From assembly GCA_045588245.1 (NCBI GenBank), contig JAZNDW010000012.1, positions 95,434-159,433 of the forward strand: DNA of 64,000 nucleotides, written 5' to 3'. A program made the translations under genes and the position numbers. Below, one piece after another: positions 56,164 through 64,000 of the stretch (positions are counted from its first letter, which is position 1; every line of letters begins with the position of its first letter). This DNA comes from Eubacteriales bacterium. Its GTDB lineage: Bacteria; Bacillota; Clostridia; Oscillospirales; CAG-272. The notes beneath the pieces are model-generated. The model searched no databases. It saw only the letters and a program-made list of their open reading frames with translations, and was not told where the DNA came from.

Positions 56164-56542
56164 GACCGATCTTAGGGAAGAATTGATCCGTATCAGCGGT
56201 ACCGATCCGAAAAAATGTATGCGTTGCGGCAAATGTACCGCAACCTGTCCTGCTTACGATGAGATGGAGTTTCATCCGCATCAGTTTGTCAGCATGATAA
56301 AAGACGGTGATATCGAACCCCTTTTGAAATCCGAGTCGCTATACCGGTGTCTGTCGTGTTTTGCATGCGTTGAAAGATGTCCGAGAGGGGTTGAGCCTGT
56401 TAAGCTTATTGAGGCTGTACGCATTACTGTCATACATCAAAAGGGACAAAACAGAATGAAACCCGACGACGTTCCGTCGAAACTTGACGACGATATTCCT
56501 CAGCAGGCACTCGTGAGTGCGTTCAGAAAATATACAAAATAA
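56156..56542 (+). CDS. hdrC: heterodisulfide reductase subunit C-like 4Fe-4S dicluster protein
   Basis: 'CMRCGKCTATCP' and 'CLSCFACVERCP'. It overlaps hdrB by 8 nt. Confidence 0.88.
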   Translation: MYKTDLREELIRISGTDPKKCMRCGKCTATCPAYDEMEFHPHQFVSMIKDGDIEPLLKSESLYRCLSCFACVERCPRGVEPVKLIEAVRITVIHQKGQNRMKPDDVPSKLDDDIPQQALVSAFRKYTK

Positions 56543-56557
56543 GAAGGGAAAGACAAG

Positions 56558-58552
56558 ATGCAAAGAATTGGTGTATTTGTATGTTGGTGCGGAAGCAATA
56601 TCGCAGGCACCGTAGACGTACACAGAGTGGCAAAAGCTCTCGAAAAAGAACCCGGTGTTGTCTTTTCCACCGAATATCAATATATGTGTTCGGCGGCAGG
56701 TCAGAATATGATAAAGGATGCTGTGGCGCAGCATAAGCTCACAGGTATCGTTATCTGCTCATGCTCGCCACGCATGCACGAAGCAACTTTTCGCAAAACA
56801 GCCGTCTCGGCAGGTCTTAACCCTTTTATGGTAGAGATAGCAAACATCCGTGAGCAGTGCTCCTGGGTACATAAAGATATAGTATCGGGCACCGAGAAAG
56901 CTATCATTCTTGCAAAAGCCGCTGTAGCAAAGGTCAACCTTAACGCACCTTTAACGTCAGATACGTCTCCTGTAACGAAACGTGCGCTTATTATCGGCGG
57001 CGGTATTGCGGGAATACAAACGGCTCTTGACATTGCCGAAGCCGGATTTTCGGTAGATATCGTAGAAAAAAAGCCGACGATCGGCGGTAAAATGGCTCAG
57101 CTTGATAAAACGTTTCCGACGCTTGACTGCGCCGCGTGCATCCTCACACCAAAAATGGTTGACGCAGCACAGAACGAGAATATTCGCATTTTCTCATATA
57201 GCGAAGTGACGGACGTAAAAGGATTCGTTGGTAACTTTGACGTTACGATCAGAAAAAAAGCACGTTACGTCAAGGAAGATATTTGTACGGGCTGCGGCGC
57301 TTGCGTTGAAAAGTGCCCTATGAAAAAGGTCCCCAATGAATTTAATCTCGGAATGGATAACCGCACCGCGATCTATATTCCGTTTGCTCAGGCTGTTCCG
57401 AAGGTAGCGACCATCGATCCTGATGCTTGCAATATGATAAAAAACGGCAAGTGCGGTGTTTGCGCAAAGGTCTGCACCGTAGGTGCCATCGACTATAAGC
57501 AGAAGAATAAAATTATAACGGAAAAGTACGGTGCTATCGTTGTTGCTACGGGATTCGATCCCATCAGTATGGATAAATTCGACGAATTTGCGTACAGTCT
57601 GTCAAAGGACGTTATTACGTCCCTCGAATTCGAACGTCTCACAAATGCTGCAGGACCGACGGCAGGTAAGCTTATCCGTCCTTCAGACGGGAAACATCCG
57701 AAAAAGATCGTGTTCGTTCAGTGCGTAGGATCGCGTTGCGATTCTTGCTCGGAAAAGGGCAAGGAATATTGCTCGAAGGTTTGCTGTATGTACACAGCAA
57801 AACACGCAATGCTGACAAAAGATAAATATCCCGATACCGAAGTATACGTTTTCTATATTGACGTTCGTACCCCCGGCAAGAATTTTGATGAGTTTTACCG
57901 CCGTGCAGTTGAAGAATACGGCGTTCATTACATAAAGGGAATGGTTGGAAAGGTCGTGCCCGAGGGTGATAAACTCCTGGTACAGGGCTCTGACCTGCTT
58001 TCGGGAAAACAGCTCCGCATTGATGCAGATCTCGTCGTACTTGCGGCGGCTATTGAGCCCGATAAATCAGCTCGTTCTTTGGCAACGATGCTTACGGCGA
58101 GCATGGATACGAACGACTTTTTCGCGGAAGCGCATCCTAAGCTTCGTCCGGTAGAAAGCCCAACGGCAGGCATTTTCCTCTCGGGAGCTTGCCAAGGACC
58201 GAAGGATATTCCCGAAACCGTTTCACAGGCAGGTGCCGCGGCATCTAAAGTTATCGGTCTACTTATGAAAAATAAGCTTACGGGTAATCCGTGCATTGCT
58301 CATTCAGATGAGCTTATGTGTAACGGTTGCTCCTCTTGCGAAAAGGTATGTCCTTACGGCGCCATCACTTATATAGATAAAGAATTCCGTATGCCCGACA
58401 GAACTACGACCGTTCGCCGTGTTGCCGCAGTCAATTCTGCGGTGTGTCAGGGGTGTGGATGCTGTACGGTAGCTTGCCCGTCGGGCGCTATGGATCTGCG
58501 CGGCTTTACGTGCAAACAAATCATGGCTGAGGTTGACGCATTATGCAAATGA
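56558..58552 (+). CDS. hdrA: heterodisulfide reductase subunit A-like FAD/FeS protein
   Basis: 664 aa. N-terminal Cys-rich 'FVCWCGSNI' domain, FAD motif 'IIGGGIAGIQTALD', and four ferredoxin-type motifs (CTGCGACVEKCP, CGVCAKVC, CNGCSSCEKVCP, CQGCGCCTVACP). Confidence 0.92.
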   Translation: MQRIGVFVCWCGSNIAGTVDVHRVAKALEKEPGVVFSTEYQYMCSAAGQNMIKDAVAQHKLTGIVICSCSPRMHEATFRKTAVSAGLNPFMVEIANIREQCSWVHKDIVSGTEKAIILAKAAVAKVNLNAPLTSDTSPVTKRALIIGGGIAGIQTALDIAEAGFSVDIVEKKPTIGGKMAQLDKTFPTLDCAACILTPKMVDAAQNENIRIFSYSEVTDVKGFVGNFDVTIRKKARYVKEDICTGCGACVEKCPMKKVPNEFNLGMDNRTAIYIPFAQAVPKVATIDPDACNMIKNGKCGVCAKVCTVGAIDYKQKNKIITEKYGAIVVATGFDPISMDKFDEFAYSLSKDVITSLEFERLTNAAGPTAGKLIRPSDGKHPKKIVFVQCVGSRCDSCSEKGKEYCSKVCCMYTAKHAMLTKDKYPDTEVYVFYIDVRTPGKNFDEFYRRAVEEYGVHYIKGMVGKVVPEGDKLLVQGSDLLSGKQLRIDADLVVLAAAIEPDKSARSLATMLTASMDTNDFFAEAHPKLRPVESPTAGIFLSGACQGPKDIPETVSQAGAAASKVIGLLMKNKLTGNPCIAHSDELMCNGCSSCEKVCPYGAITYIDKEFRMPDRTTTVRRVAAVNSAVCQGCGCCTVACPSGAMDLRGFTCKQIMAEVDALCK

Positions 58553-58977
58553 ATGAATACAAACCTTTGATCGTTGCGTTCTGCTGTAACTGGTGTTCTT
58601 ATGCCGGTGCAGATCTTGCAGGAAACAACCGCCTTAACTATCCTGCCGAAGTCAAGATCGTCCGCGTGCCTTGCTCATGCCGCGTTGACCCTACGTTTGT
58701 TCTTCGTGCGTTTCAGCGAGGCGCTGACGGTGTTATAATCTGCGGCTGTCACCCGGGAGACTGCCATTACACGTCGGGAAACTATTTCACAAGACGACGT
58801 ATGGCAATGCTGTTTTCGATGCTTGATTATCTCGGCATCGAAAGAGACAGGACCCGCGTTGAATGGGTGTCTGCTGCCGAAGGAGCAAAATTTGCCGCTA
58901 CGATGAACGATTTTGCAGAGAAGGTAGCATCACTCGGTAAAAACAAGAGATTGGAGGACCTGAGATGCAAAAAGTAA
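58543..58977 (+). CDS. mvhD: MvhD-like (methyl-viologen-reducing hydrogenase delta subunit / FlxD-like) iron-sulfur protein
   Basis: 'FCCNWCSYAGADLAG' and 'VIICGCHPGDCHY' are MvhD signatures. It overlaps hdrA by 10 nt. Confidence 0.88.
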   Translation: MQMNEYKPLIVAFCCNWCSYAGADLAGNNRLNYPAEVKIVRVPCSCRVDPTFVLRAFQRGADGVIICGCHPGDCHYTSGNYFTRRRMAMLFSMLDYLGIERDRTRVEWVSAAEGAKFAATMNDFAEKVASLGKNKRLEDLRCKK

Positions 58978-59963
58978 CGGCTCAAGAACTTATTGATATC
59001 GCTGTCGCTAAGCTAAAGGACGGTACGGTTTCATCTGTTCTCGGTTGGCAGAAGGGAGAATTCGATTACGACATTACTCCCGCAGTTTTTACAGATGAAA
59101 AATCCTTGCGCGAAGGCTTCGTCTGGAATGATTTTTGCGGTGCAAATTTTTCAAAATATCTTGTTTCAAAGACACGAAAATATGACGGTAGAATCCTTGT
59201 GTTCCTCAAGCCTTGCGATACGTACAGCTTCAATCAGCTTTTGACTGAGCACAGATTCGATCGTCAAAAGGTCTATGCTGTCGGTATCCCATGCTCTGGA
59301 ATGGCGGATATCAGCAGAATCAAAGCGATCACGGGCGACGGTATTTCGTCCGTTGACTGTACGGGTGAAAAGATCGCCGTCAGAACGCTCTACGATGACG
59401 AACCCATACTCGTTACCCCTGCAGATGTCCTTGCGGAGCGTTGCATCAACTGCAAAAGCAAAAAGCACGTCGCATACGATCTACTTATCGGAAAAGAGGG
59501 GGATACAATCAATTCGACACGATTCGACGAGGTACAAAAGCTTGAAGCAATGACTCCCGACGAGCGTTTTCTGTTCTGGCAGAACGAGCTTTCACATTGC
59601 ATACGCTGTAATGCTTGCCGCGATGCTTGCCCTGCGTGCACCTGCGAAGTTTGCGTATTTAATAATCCCGCTTCTGGTGTTGAAAATAAGGCTGCCTCAA
59701 ACAGCTTTGAAGAAAAACTCTTCCACATCATCCGTGCTTATCACGTTGCGGGACGGTGCACGGACTGCGGTGAGTGTTCCCGCGTGTGTCCGCAGAATAT
59801 TCCTCTGCATTTACTAAACCGTAAGTTTATCAAAGATATGAACGAGTTCTACGGTGAGTATCAGGCAGGAGCGGAGATCGGAACGAAGTCTCCTTTACTC
59901 AATTATTCAGTCAATGATCCTGAGCCGAGTGAAGTCTTAGATAGGAGGCATGCCGATGCGTAA
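58965..59963 (+). CDS. 4Fe-4S cluster protein, FlxC-like
   Basis: 332 aa with Cys motifs 'CIRCNACRDACPACTCEVC' and 'CTDCGECSRVCP'. It overlaps mvhD by 13 nt behind a ggagg RBS. Confidence 0.75.
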   Translation: MQKVTAQELIDIAVAKLKDGTVSSVLGWQKGEFDYDITPAVFTDEKSLREGFVWNDFCGANFSKYLVSKTRKYDGRILVFLKPCDTYSFNQLLTEHRFDRQKVYAVGIPCSGMADISRIKAITGDGISSVDCTGEKIAVRTLYDDEPILVTPADVLAERCINCKSKKHVAYDLLIGKEGDTINSTRFDEVQKLEAMTPDERFLFWQNELSHCIRCNACRDACPACTCEVCVFNNPASGVENKAASNSFEEKLFHIIRAYHVAGRCTDCGECSRVCPQNIPLHLLNRKFIKDMNEFYGEYQAGAEIGTKSPLLNYSVNDPEPSEVLDRRHADA

Positions 59964-60975
59964 GTGTAATTTATATAAAATGCAGTCTGTTTTTGCACAG
60001 ATCTCATCCACGATGCCGCTGTATCTTCCCGTTGACGGATCTGACGGTCGTGCCGTATATACCGAATGGAAAGACGGGAAAGAGTGGAGCAAATCTCACA
60101 ACACGGTAAAAAGCCCGAAGGATTTCTTTTTTCCGCAGACGGAAGATCTTATGAGGTTTAAGACGGCAGGAAAAAGTATTGAAATCGTCGACGTAAGAAA
60201 AGAGACCGAAGATTTTGTGATATTCGGCGTTCGCGCTTGCGACGTAAAAAGCTTTGAAATTCTTGACAGTGTTTTTCTCACCGATCCTGTGGACAGCTAT
60301 TACGCATCACGCCGTGCACACGGCATCATCGTGTCGGTAGCTTGTGTAAGACCGTCCGAAACTTGCTTTTGTCAGACTTTCGGAATCGACGCGGCATCAC
60401 CCTTAGGTGATATATCCTGTTGGAAAACTGAGGATGAACTTTATTGGCAGGCGATTACCGAAAAGGGAAAAGCACTTCTTATGTCTATTGAGTCATTAAC
60501 GGAAGAGTGTACAGACGAAGCCGTTATGGCACAGAAAGAGAAGATTGAGTCTGTAATGAAGAAGCTTCCTTTAGCCGGACTTTCTGCCGACGCTTTTGGC
60601 GGCGGAAAAACACAGGAATTCTTCAACCGTAATGAATGGGATGAACTGTCCGAAACCTGCATTGGATGTGGCACCTGTACTTTCGTTTGCCCGACGTGTC
60701 AGTGCTATGACATCAAGGATTTCAATACGGGACGTGGTGTTATCCGATACCGTTGCTGGGATTCGTGTATGTATTCGGAATTTACAAAGATGTCACACGG
60801 TAACAACCGTCTTACACAGAAAGAACGCTTCCGTCAGCGCTTTATGCATAAGCTTGTTTATCACCCTGAGAACAATAACGGTGTTTTTGGATGCGTTGGC
60901 TGCGGACGCTGTCTTTCCTCCTGTCCTATTTCAATGAATATTGTTAAAGTTATGAAAAAGCTCGGAGGTGACTAA
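59956..60975 (+). CDS. 4Fe-4S dicluster protein, FlxB/AsrA/HydB-like
   Basis: 'CIGCGTCTFVCPTCQCYD' and 'CVGCGRCLSSCP'. The ATG at 59956 lies 7 nt after aggagg, and the ATG at 59950 is too close to the RBS. Confidence 0.78.
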   Translation: MRKCNLYKMQSVFAQISSTMPLYLPVDGSDGRAVYTEWKDGKEWSKSHNTVKSPKDFFFPQTEDLMRFKTAGKSIEIVDVRKETEDFVIFGVRACDVKSFEILDSVFLTDPVDSYYASRRAHGIIVSVACVRPSETCFCQTFGIDAASPLGDISCWKTEDELYWQAITEKGKALLMSIESLTEECTDEAVMAQKEKIESVMKKLPLAGLSADAFGGGKTQEFFNRNEWDELSETCIGCGTCTFVCPTCQCYDIKDFNTGRGVIRYRCWDSCMYSEFTKMSHGNNRLTQKERFRQRFMHKLVYHPENNNGVFGCVGCGRCLSSCPISMNIVKVMKKLGGD

Positions 60976-60976
60976 T

Positions 60977-61810
60977 ATGAACGTTCGTGAAGAAACATTG
61001 ATACCGAAGATCGGCGTCATTACAGACGTTCGTATCGATACCCCCGATATAAAGACGTTCCGAGTCGTTACCGTAGACGGAAAGAAGGCGTTTGATCACC
61101 GCCCCGGGCAGTGTGCAATGATTTCCGTTCCCGGTGTCGGCGAAGCGATGTTCTCCATAACTTCTTCGCCAACGAATGAAGAATACATGGAGTTTTCGAT
61201 TAAAAAATGCGGTTGTGTTACAGACTGGCTCCATTCCGCAGAGGTAGGACAGCAGATCACAATTCGCGGTCCGTACGGCAATCCTTTTCCGGTTGACGAC
61301 GAGTTTTCGGGGAAAAATTTGCTGTTTATCGCCGGCGGCGTCGGTCTTGCGCCACTGCGTTCCGTTATCAATTATTGCCGAGATTACCGTGACCGTTACG
61401 GTAAACTTGACATAGTTTACGGTGCAAGATCAAAAGAGGATCTTCTTAATTATAAAGAGATCATCGAAAAATGGACGAACGACACCGATGTAAACGTCTA
61501 TCTTACGATCGACCGTGAACAGAAAGAATGGGGCGGACATGTCGGTTTTGTACCTGATTATGTAAAAGAGCTCGAATTCGACACGGATAAGATTGCGGTC
61601 CTTTGCGGTCCGCCCGTTATGATCAGGTTTACTCTGGACGCTCTGCGTTCTCTCGGATTTGAAAAAACACAGGTCTATACGACGCTTGAGCTTCGTATGA
61701 AGTGTGGGGCTGGAAAATGCGGTCGTTGCAACGTAGGAGCAAAATACGTCTGCAAAGACGGTCCTGTGTTCCGCTTTGATGAGCTTGATCAGCTTCCAGA
61801 TGAATATTAA
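60977..61810 (+). CDS. FAD/NAD(P)-binding oxidoreductase with C-terminal [2Fe-2S] motif, FlxA/AsrB/HydG-like
   Basis: 'RPGQCAMIS' is FAD-binding, 'LLFIAGGVGLAPLRS' is NAD(P)-binding, and 'CGAGKCGRCNVGAKYVCKDGPVF' is the cluster motif. The ATG lies 1 nt after the upstream stop, behind ggagg. Confidence 0.82.
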   Translation: MNVREETLIPKIGVITDVRIDTPDIKTFRVVTVDGKKAFDHRPGQCAMISVPGVGEAMFSITSSPTNEEYMEFSIKKCGCVTDWLHSAEVGQQITIRGPYGNPFPVDDEFSGKNLLFIAGGVGLAPLRSVINYCRDYRDRYGKLDIVYGARSKEDLLNYKEIIEKWTNDTDVNVYLTIDREQKEWGGHVGFVPDYVKELEFDTDKIAVLCGPPVMIRFTLDALRSLGFEKTQVYTTLELRMKCGAGKCGRCNVGAKYVCKDGPVFRFDELDQLPDEY

Positions 61811-61822
61811 GGAGTGAGAACG

Positions 61823-62497
61823 ATGGAACAGATGGTTAACATTTTCCTTTTCGGAAAGAAATATGAAGTGCCGAAAAATCTTACGATAATGACCGCTATG
61901 GAATATGCAGGATATCAGCTCGTACGCGGTTGCGGTTGTCGTAACGGTTTTTGCGGTGCGTGTGCTACCATTTACCGAATCAAGGGCGATAAAGAACTGA
62001 AAGCTTGTCTTGCTTGTCAGACAACGGTTGAGGATAATATGTATATCGCAACGTTGCCTTTCTTTCCCCTCGTAAAGCAGGTTTATGATATAAACAAGGT
62101 CAGCACGAATGAATCTGTTATGATGCAGCTCTATCCTGAGATATACGCTTGTATCGGTTGTAACGCTTGTACAAAGGCGTGCACGCAGGATCTTAACGTT
62201 ATGCAGTACATCGCATACGCTCAACGCGGAGATTTCAAGAGGTGTGCTGAGGAATCATTTGACTGCGTAATGTGCGGAGTCTGTTCTTCGCGCTGTCCTG
62301 CAGGAATCTCTCATCCGCAGGTCGCTATGCTTGCCCGCAGAATAAACGGCAAATATCTTGCGCCGGGATCCGGACATTTGAAAAATCGAGTAAGAGAGAT
62401 CAATAACGGTGACTTTAACGAGCTAATTGAAGCTTTGATGCAAAAACCGTTAGAAGAGCTCAAAGAGCTTTACAACACCCGTGAGATCGAAAAGTAA
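61823..62497 (+). CDS. succinate dehydrogenase/fumarate reductase iron-sulfur subunit-like protein
   Basis: N-terminal [2Fe-2S]-type 'CGCRNGFCGAC', then 'CIGCNACTKAC' and 'CVMCGVCSSRCP'. The ATG at 61823 lies 9 nt after aaggag. Confidence 0.78.
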   Translation: MEQMVNIFLFGKKYEVPKNLTIMTAMEYAGYQLVRGCGCRNGFCGACATIYRIKGDKELKACLACQTTVEDNMYIATLPFFPLVKQVYDINKVSTNESVMMQLYPEIYACIGCNACTKACTQDLNVMQYIAYAQRGDFKRCAEESFDCVMCGVCSSRCPAGISHPQVAMLARRINGKYLAPGSGHLKNRVREINNGDFNELIEALMQKPLEELKELYNTREIEK

Positions 62498-62510
62498 GGA
62501 GGAGAGGGAA

Positions 62511-64000
62511 GTGTATTCTGAAAAATATCAGCAATCGCTGTCAGCGGTTGCTGCTTTAAGAAAACAAAATATTGCCTATGAGCCCGAACGAATGACGGCT
62601 ACAGAGAAGGAAAAGCTCCTTACCGAATATCACCCCGATTATAAGGCAAACGAATTTTCCACTCTTATTATCGGTCCCAACAAAGGAGATAAGGTCCCGC
62701 GAGAGCTTTGCGAAATGTTACAGGCACACAGTCGCATTGCAAAAACAGATATTGATCTTACCGCACCCGACCATGAAGCTGACGTACTCGTCATCGGAGC
62801 CGGCGGTGCGGGTGCTGCCTCAGCCATAGAAGCTCATAATGCCGGAGCAGACGTTTTGATCGTAACGAAGCTCCGTATGGGGGATGCAAACACGATGATG
62901 GCTGAAGGTGGGATTCAGGCGGCTGATAAGCCTAACGATTCTCCCGCGATCCATTTTGTGGACGCTTTCGGCGGAGGTCATTTTGCGGCAAAAAGAGAGC
63001 TTCTTGCTAAGCTTGTAAACGATGCCCCAGAGGCTATAGAGTGGCTATCCGAGCTCGGTGTCGAATTTGATAAAGAAGCCGACGGAACGATGATCACAAC
63101 ACATGGCGGAGGCACGTCAAGAAAGCGTATGCACGCTGCGAAGGATTACACGGGTGCTGAGATCATGAGAACGCTTCGCGATGAGGTTCTGAACCGAGAG
63201 ATACCCGTTCTAGATTTCACATCAGCGATCGAACTGATTCTTGACGAGGACGGAAAAGCAGCAGGTGCGGTTCTCTTAAACATGGAAACTAATGAGATTT
63301 TAGTTGCCAAGGCAAAGACCGTTATTATCGCAACGGGTGGCGCAGGACGAATGCATTATCAAGGTTTTCCGACTTCTAATCATTACGGTGCAACGGCAGA
63401 CGGTCTTGTACTCGGTTACCGTGCGGGCGCAAAGCTATTATATGCGGAAACGCTTCAGTATCATCCTACGGGAGCCGCTCATCCCGAACAGATCTTCGGC
63501 GCGCTTGTAACAGAAAAGGTCCGTTCACTCGGAGCAAAACTCGTTAATAAGAACGGTGAAGTATTCATGCATCCGCTTGAAACGAGAGACGTAACGGCAG
63601 CTTCCATTATTCGTGAGTGCAGTGACCGTAATAACGGAATCGAAACGGATAACGGCTTCGCCGTTTGGCTTGACACGCCCATGATTGAAAGAATAAGCGG
63701 AGAGGGAACGATTGAAAAACGAATTCCCGCGATGATGCGTATGTTTGAAAAGTATGGCATTGATATCCGAAAAGAGCCTATACTCGTTTATCCAACACTT
63801 CATTATCAGAACGGCGGTCTTGATATTAACGTAGACGGTATGGCAACGAACGTTAAAAATCTCTTTGTAGCAGGCGAAGCTGTCGGAGGTATTCACGGTA
63901 AGAACCGTCTTATGGGAAACTCTCTTCTTGATATTATCGTGTTCGGGCGCAACGCAGGCATTAATGCGGCAAAAGCCGCAAAGGATACGACGGTAGGCAA
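62511..64000 (+). CDS. fumarate reductase/succinate dehydrogenase flavoprotein-like FAD protein (3' end outside the window)
   Basis: I translated this by hand, as it is not on the ORF track. It starts at a GTG behind ggaggag and stays open to the window end. Motifs: 'VLVIGAGGAGAASA', 'YHPTG', 'TEKVRSLGAKLVN', 'LHYQNGG' and 'GEAVGGIHGKNRLMGNSL'. Confidence 0.85.
   Translation, partial: MYSEKYQQSLSAVAALRKQNIAYEPERMTATEKEKLLTEYHPDYKANEFSTLIIGPNKGDKVPRELCEMLQAHSRIAKTDIDLTAPDHEADVLVIGAGGAGAASAIEAHNAGADVLIVTKLRMGDANTMMAEGGIQAADKPNDSPAIHFVDAFGGGHFAAKRELLAKLVNDAPEAIEWLSELGVEFDKEADGTMITTHGGGTSRKRMHAAKDYTGAEIMRTLRDEVLNREIPVLDFTSAIELILDEDGKAAGAVLLNMETNEILVAKAKTVIIATGGAGRMHYQGFPTSNHYGATADGLVLGYRAGAKLLYAETLQYHPTGAAHPEQIFGALVTEKVRSLGAKLVNKNGEVFMHPLETRDVTAASIIRECSDRNNGIETDNGFAVWLDTPMIERISGEGTIEKRIPAMMRMFEKYGIDIRKEPILVYPTLHYQNGGLDINVDGMATNVKNLFVAGEAVGGIHGKNRLMGNSLLDIIVFGRNAGINAAKAAKDTTVG

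Noticed and set aside
61430-62224. 264-aa ORF on the minus strand
   Set aside because: It is antisense to two Cys-motif-rich redox genes in a tightly coupled operon. It has no motifs and is probably a frame artefact.
1-64000. Search for CRISPR arrays, rRNA genes, IS elements, integrases, phage blocks, toxin-antitoxin pairs and classical defence genes
   Set aside because: I saw no direct-repeat/spacer arrays, no transposase or recombinase motifs (DDE, tyrosine or serine recombinase), no terminal inverted repeats and no restriction-modification or known defence-system signatures. The window reads as core chromosome.

Overview
All family assignments below come from reading motifs in the supplied translations. 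No database search was run. The window is a chromosomal segment of a spore-forming Firmicute, Clostridia-like, judged from spoIIAA-spoIIAB-sigF, an intact pro-sigK gene, a GerA/SpoVAF-family gene and DUF4830/DUF512/DUF378 genes. It is densely coding on both strands, mostly with housekeeping genes: rpe, ispD/ispF, pepD, secA, yajC, serC-serA, der-plsY, a three-tRNA cluster and RNA methyltransferases. It also carries a YtrA-type GntR/ABC operon, a heterodimeric ABC exporter pair and a few pectin-related genes (PL11-like rhamnogalacturonan lyase, an esterase and a large glycoside hydrolase). I found no CRISPR array, rRNA, transposase or integrase, and no phage-like block. The most unusual content is the last ~11 kb (52986 to the window end). 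It is one tightly coupled same-strand operon. It encodes an LDH-fold dehydrogenase with the malate-type Arg specificity residue, class II fumarase, HdrB, HdrC, HdrA, an MvhD-like protein, two polyferredoxin-like proteins, an FAD/NAD(P)-binding [2Fe-2S] reductase (together an FlxDCBA-like set), and a soluble FrdB/FrdA-like pair. I read this as a candidate cytoplasmic, NADH-linked and possibly electron-bifurcating fumarate reductase system with its own fumarate supply. I know of no characterised enzyme with this composition. Secondary oddities: two paralogous unknown membrane proteins co-transcribed with secA; a BlaI-family repressor translationally coupled to a PD-(D/E)XK-like protein instead of a BlaR1 sensor; a glycerol-1-phosphate-dehydrogenase-like gene next to a degenerate response regulator; an 862-aa acidic membrane protein upstream of the spoIIA operon; and a perfect 28-bp palindrome upstream of the serC promoter.
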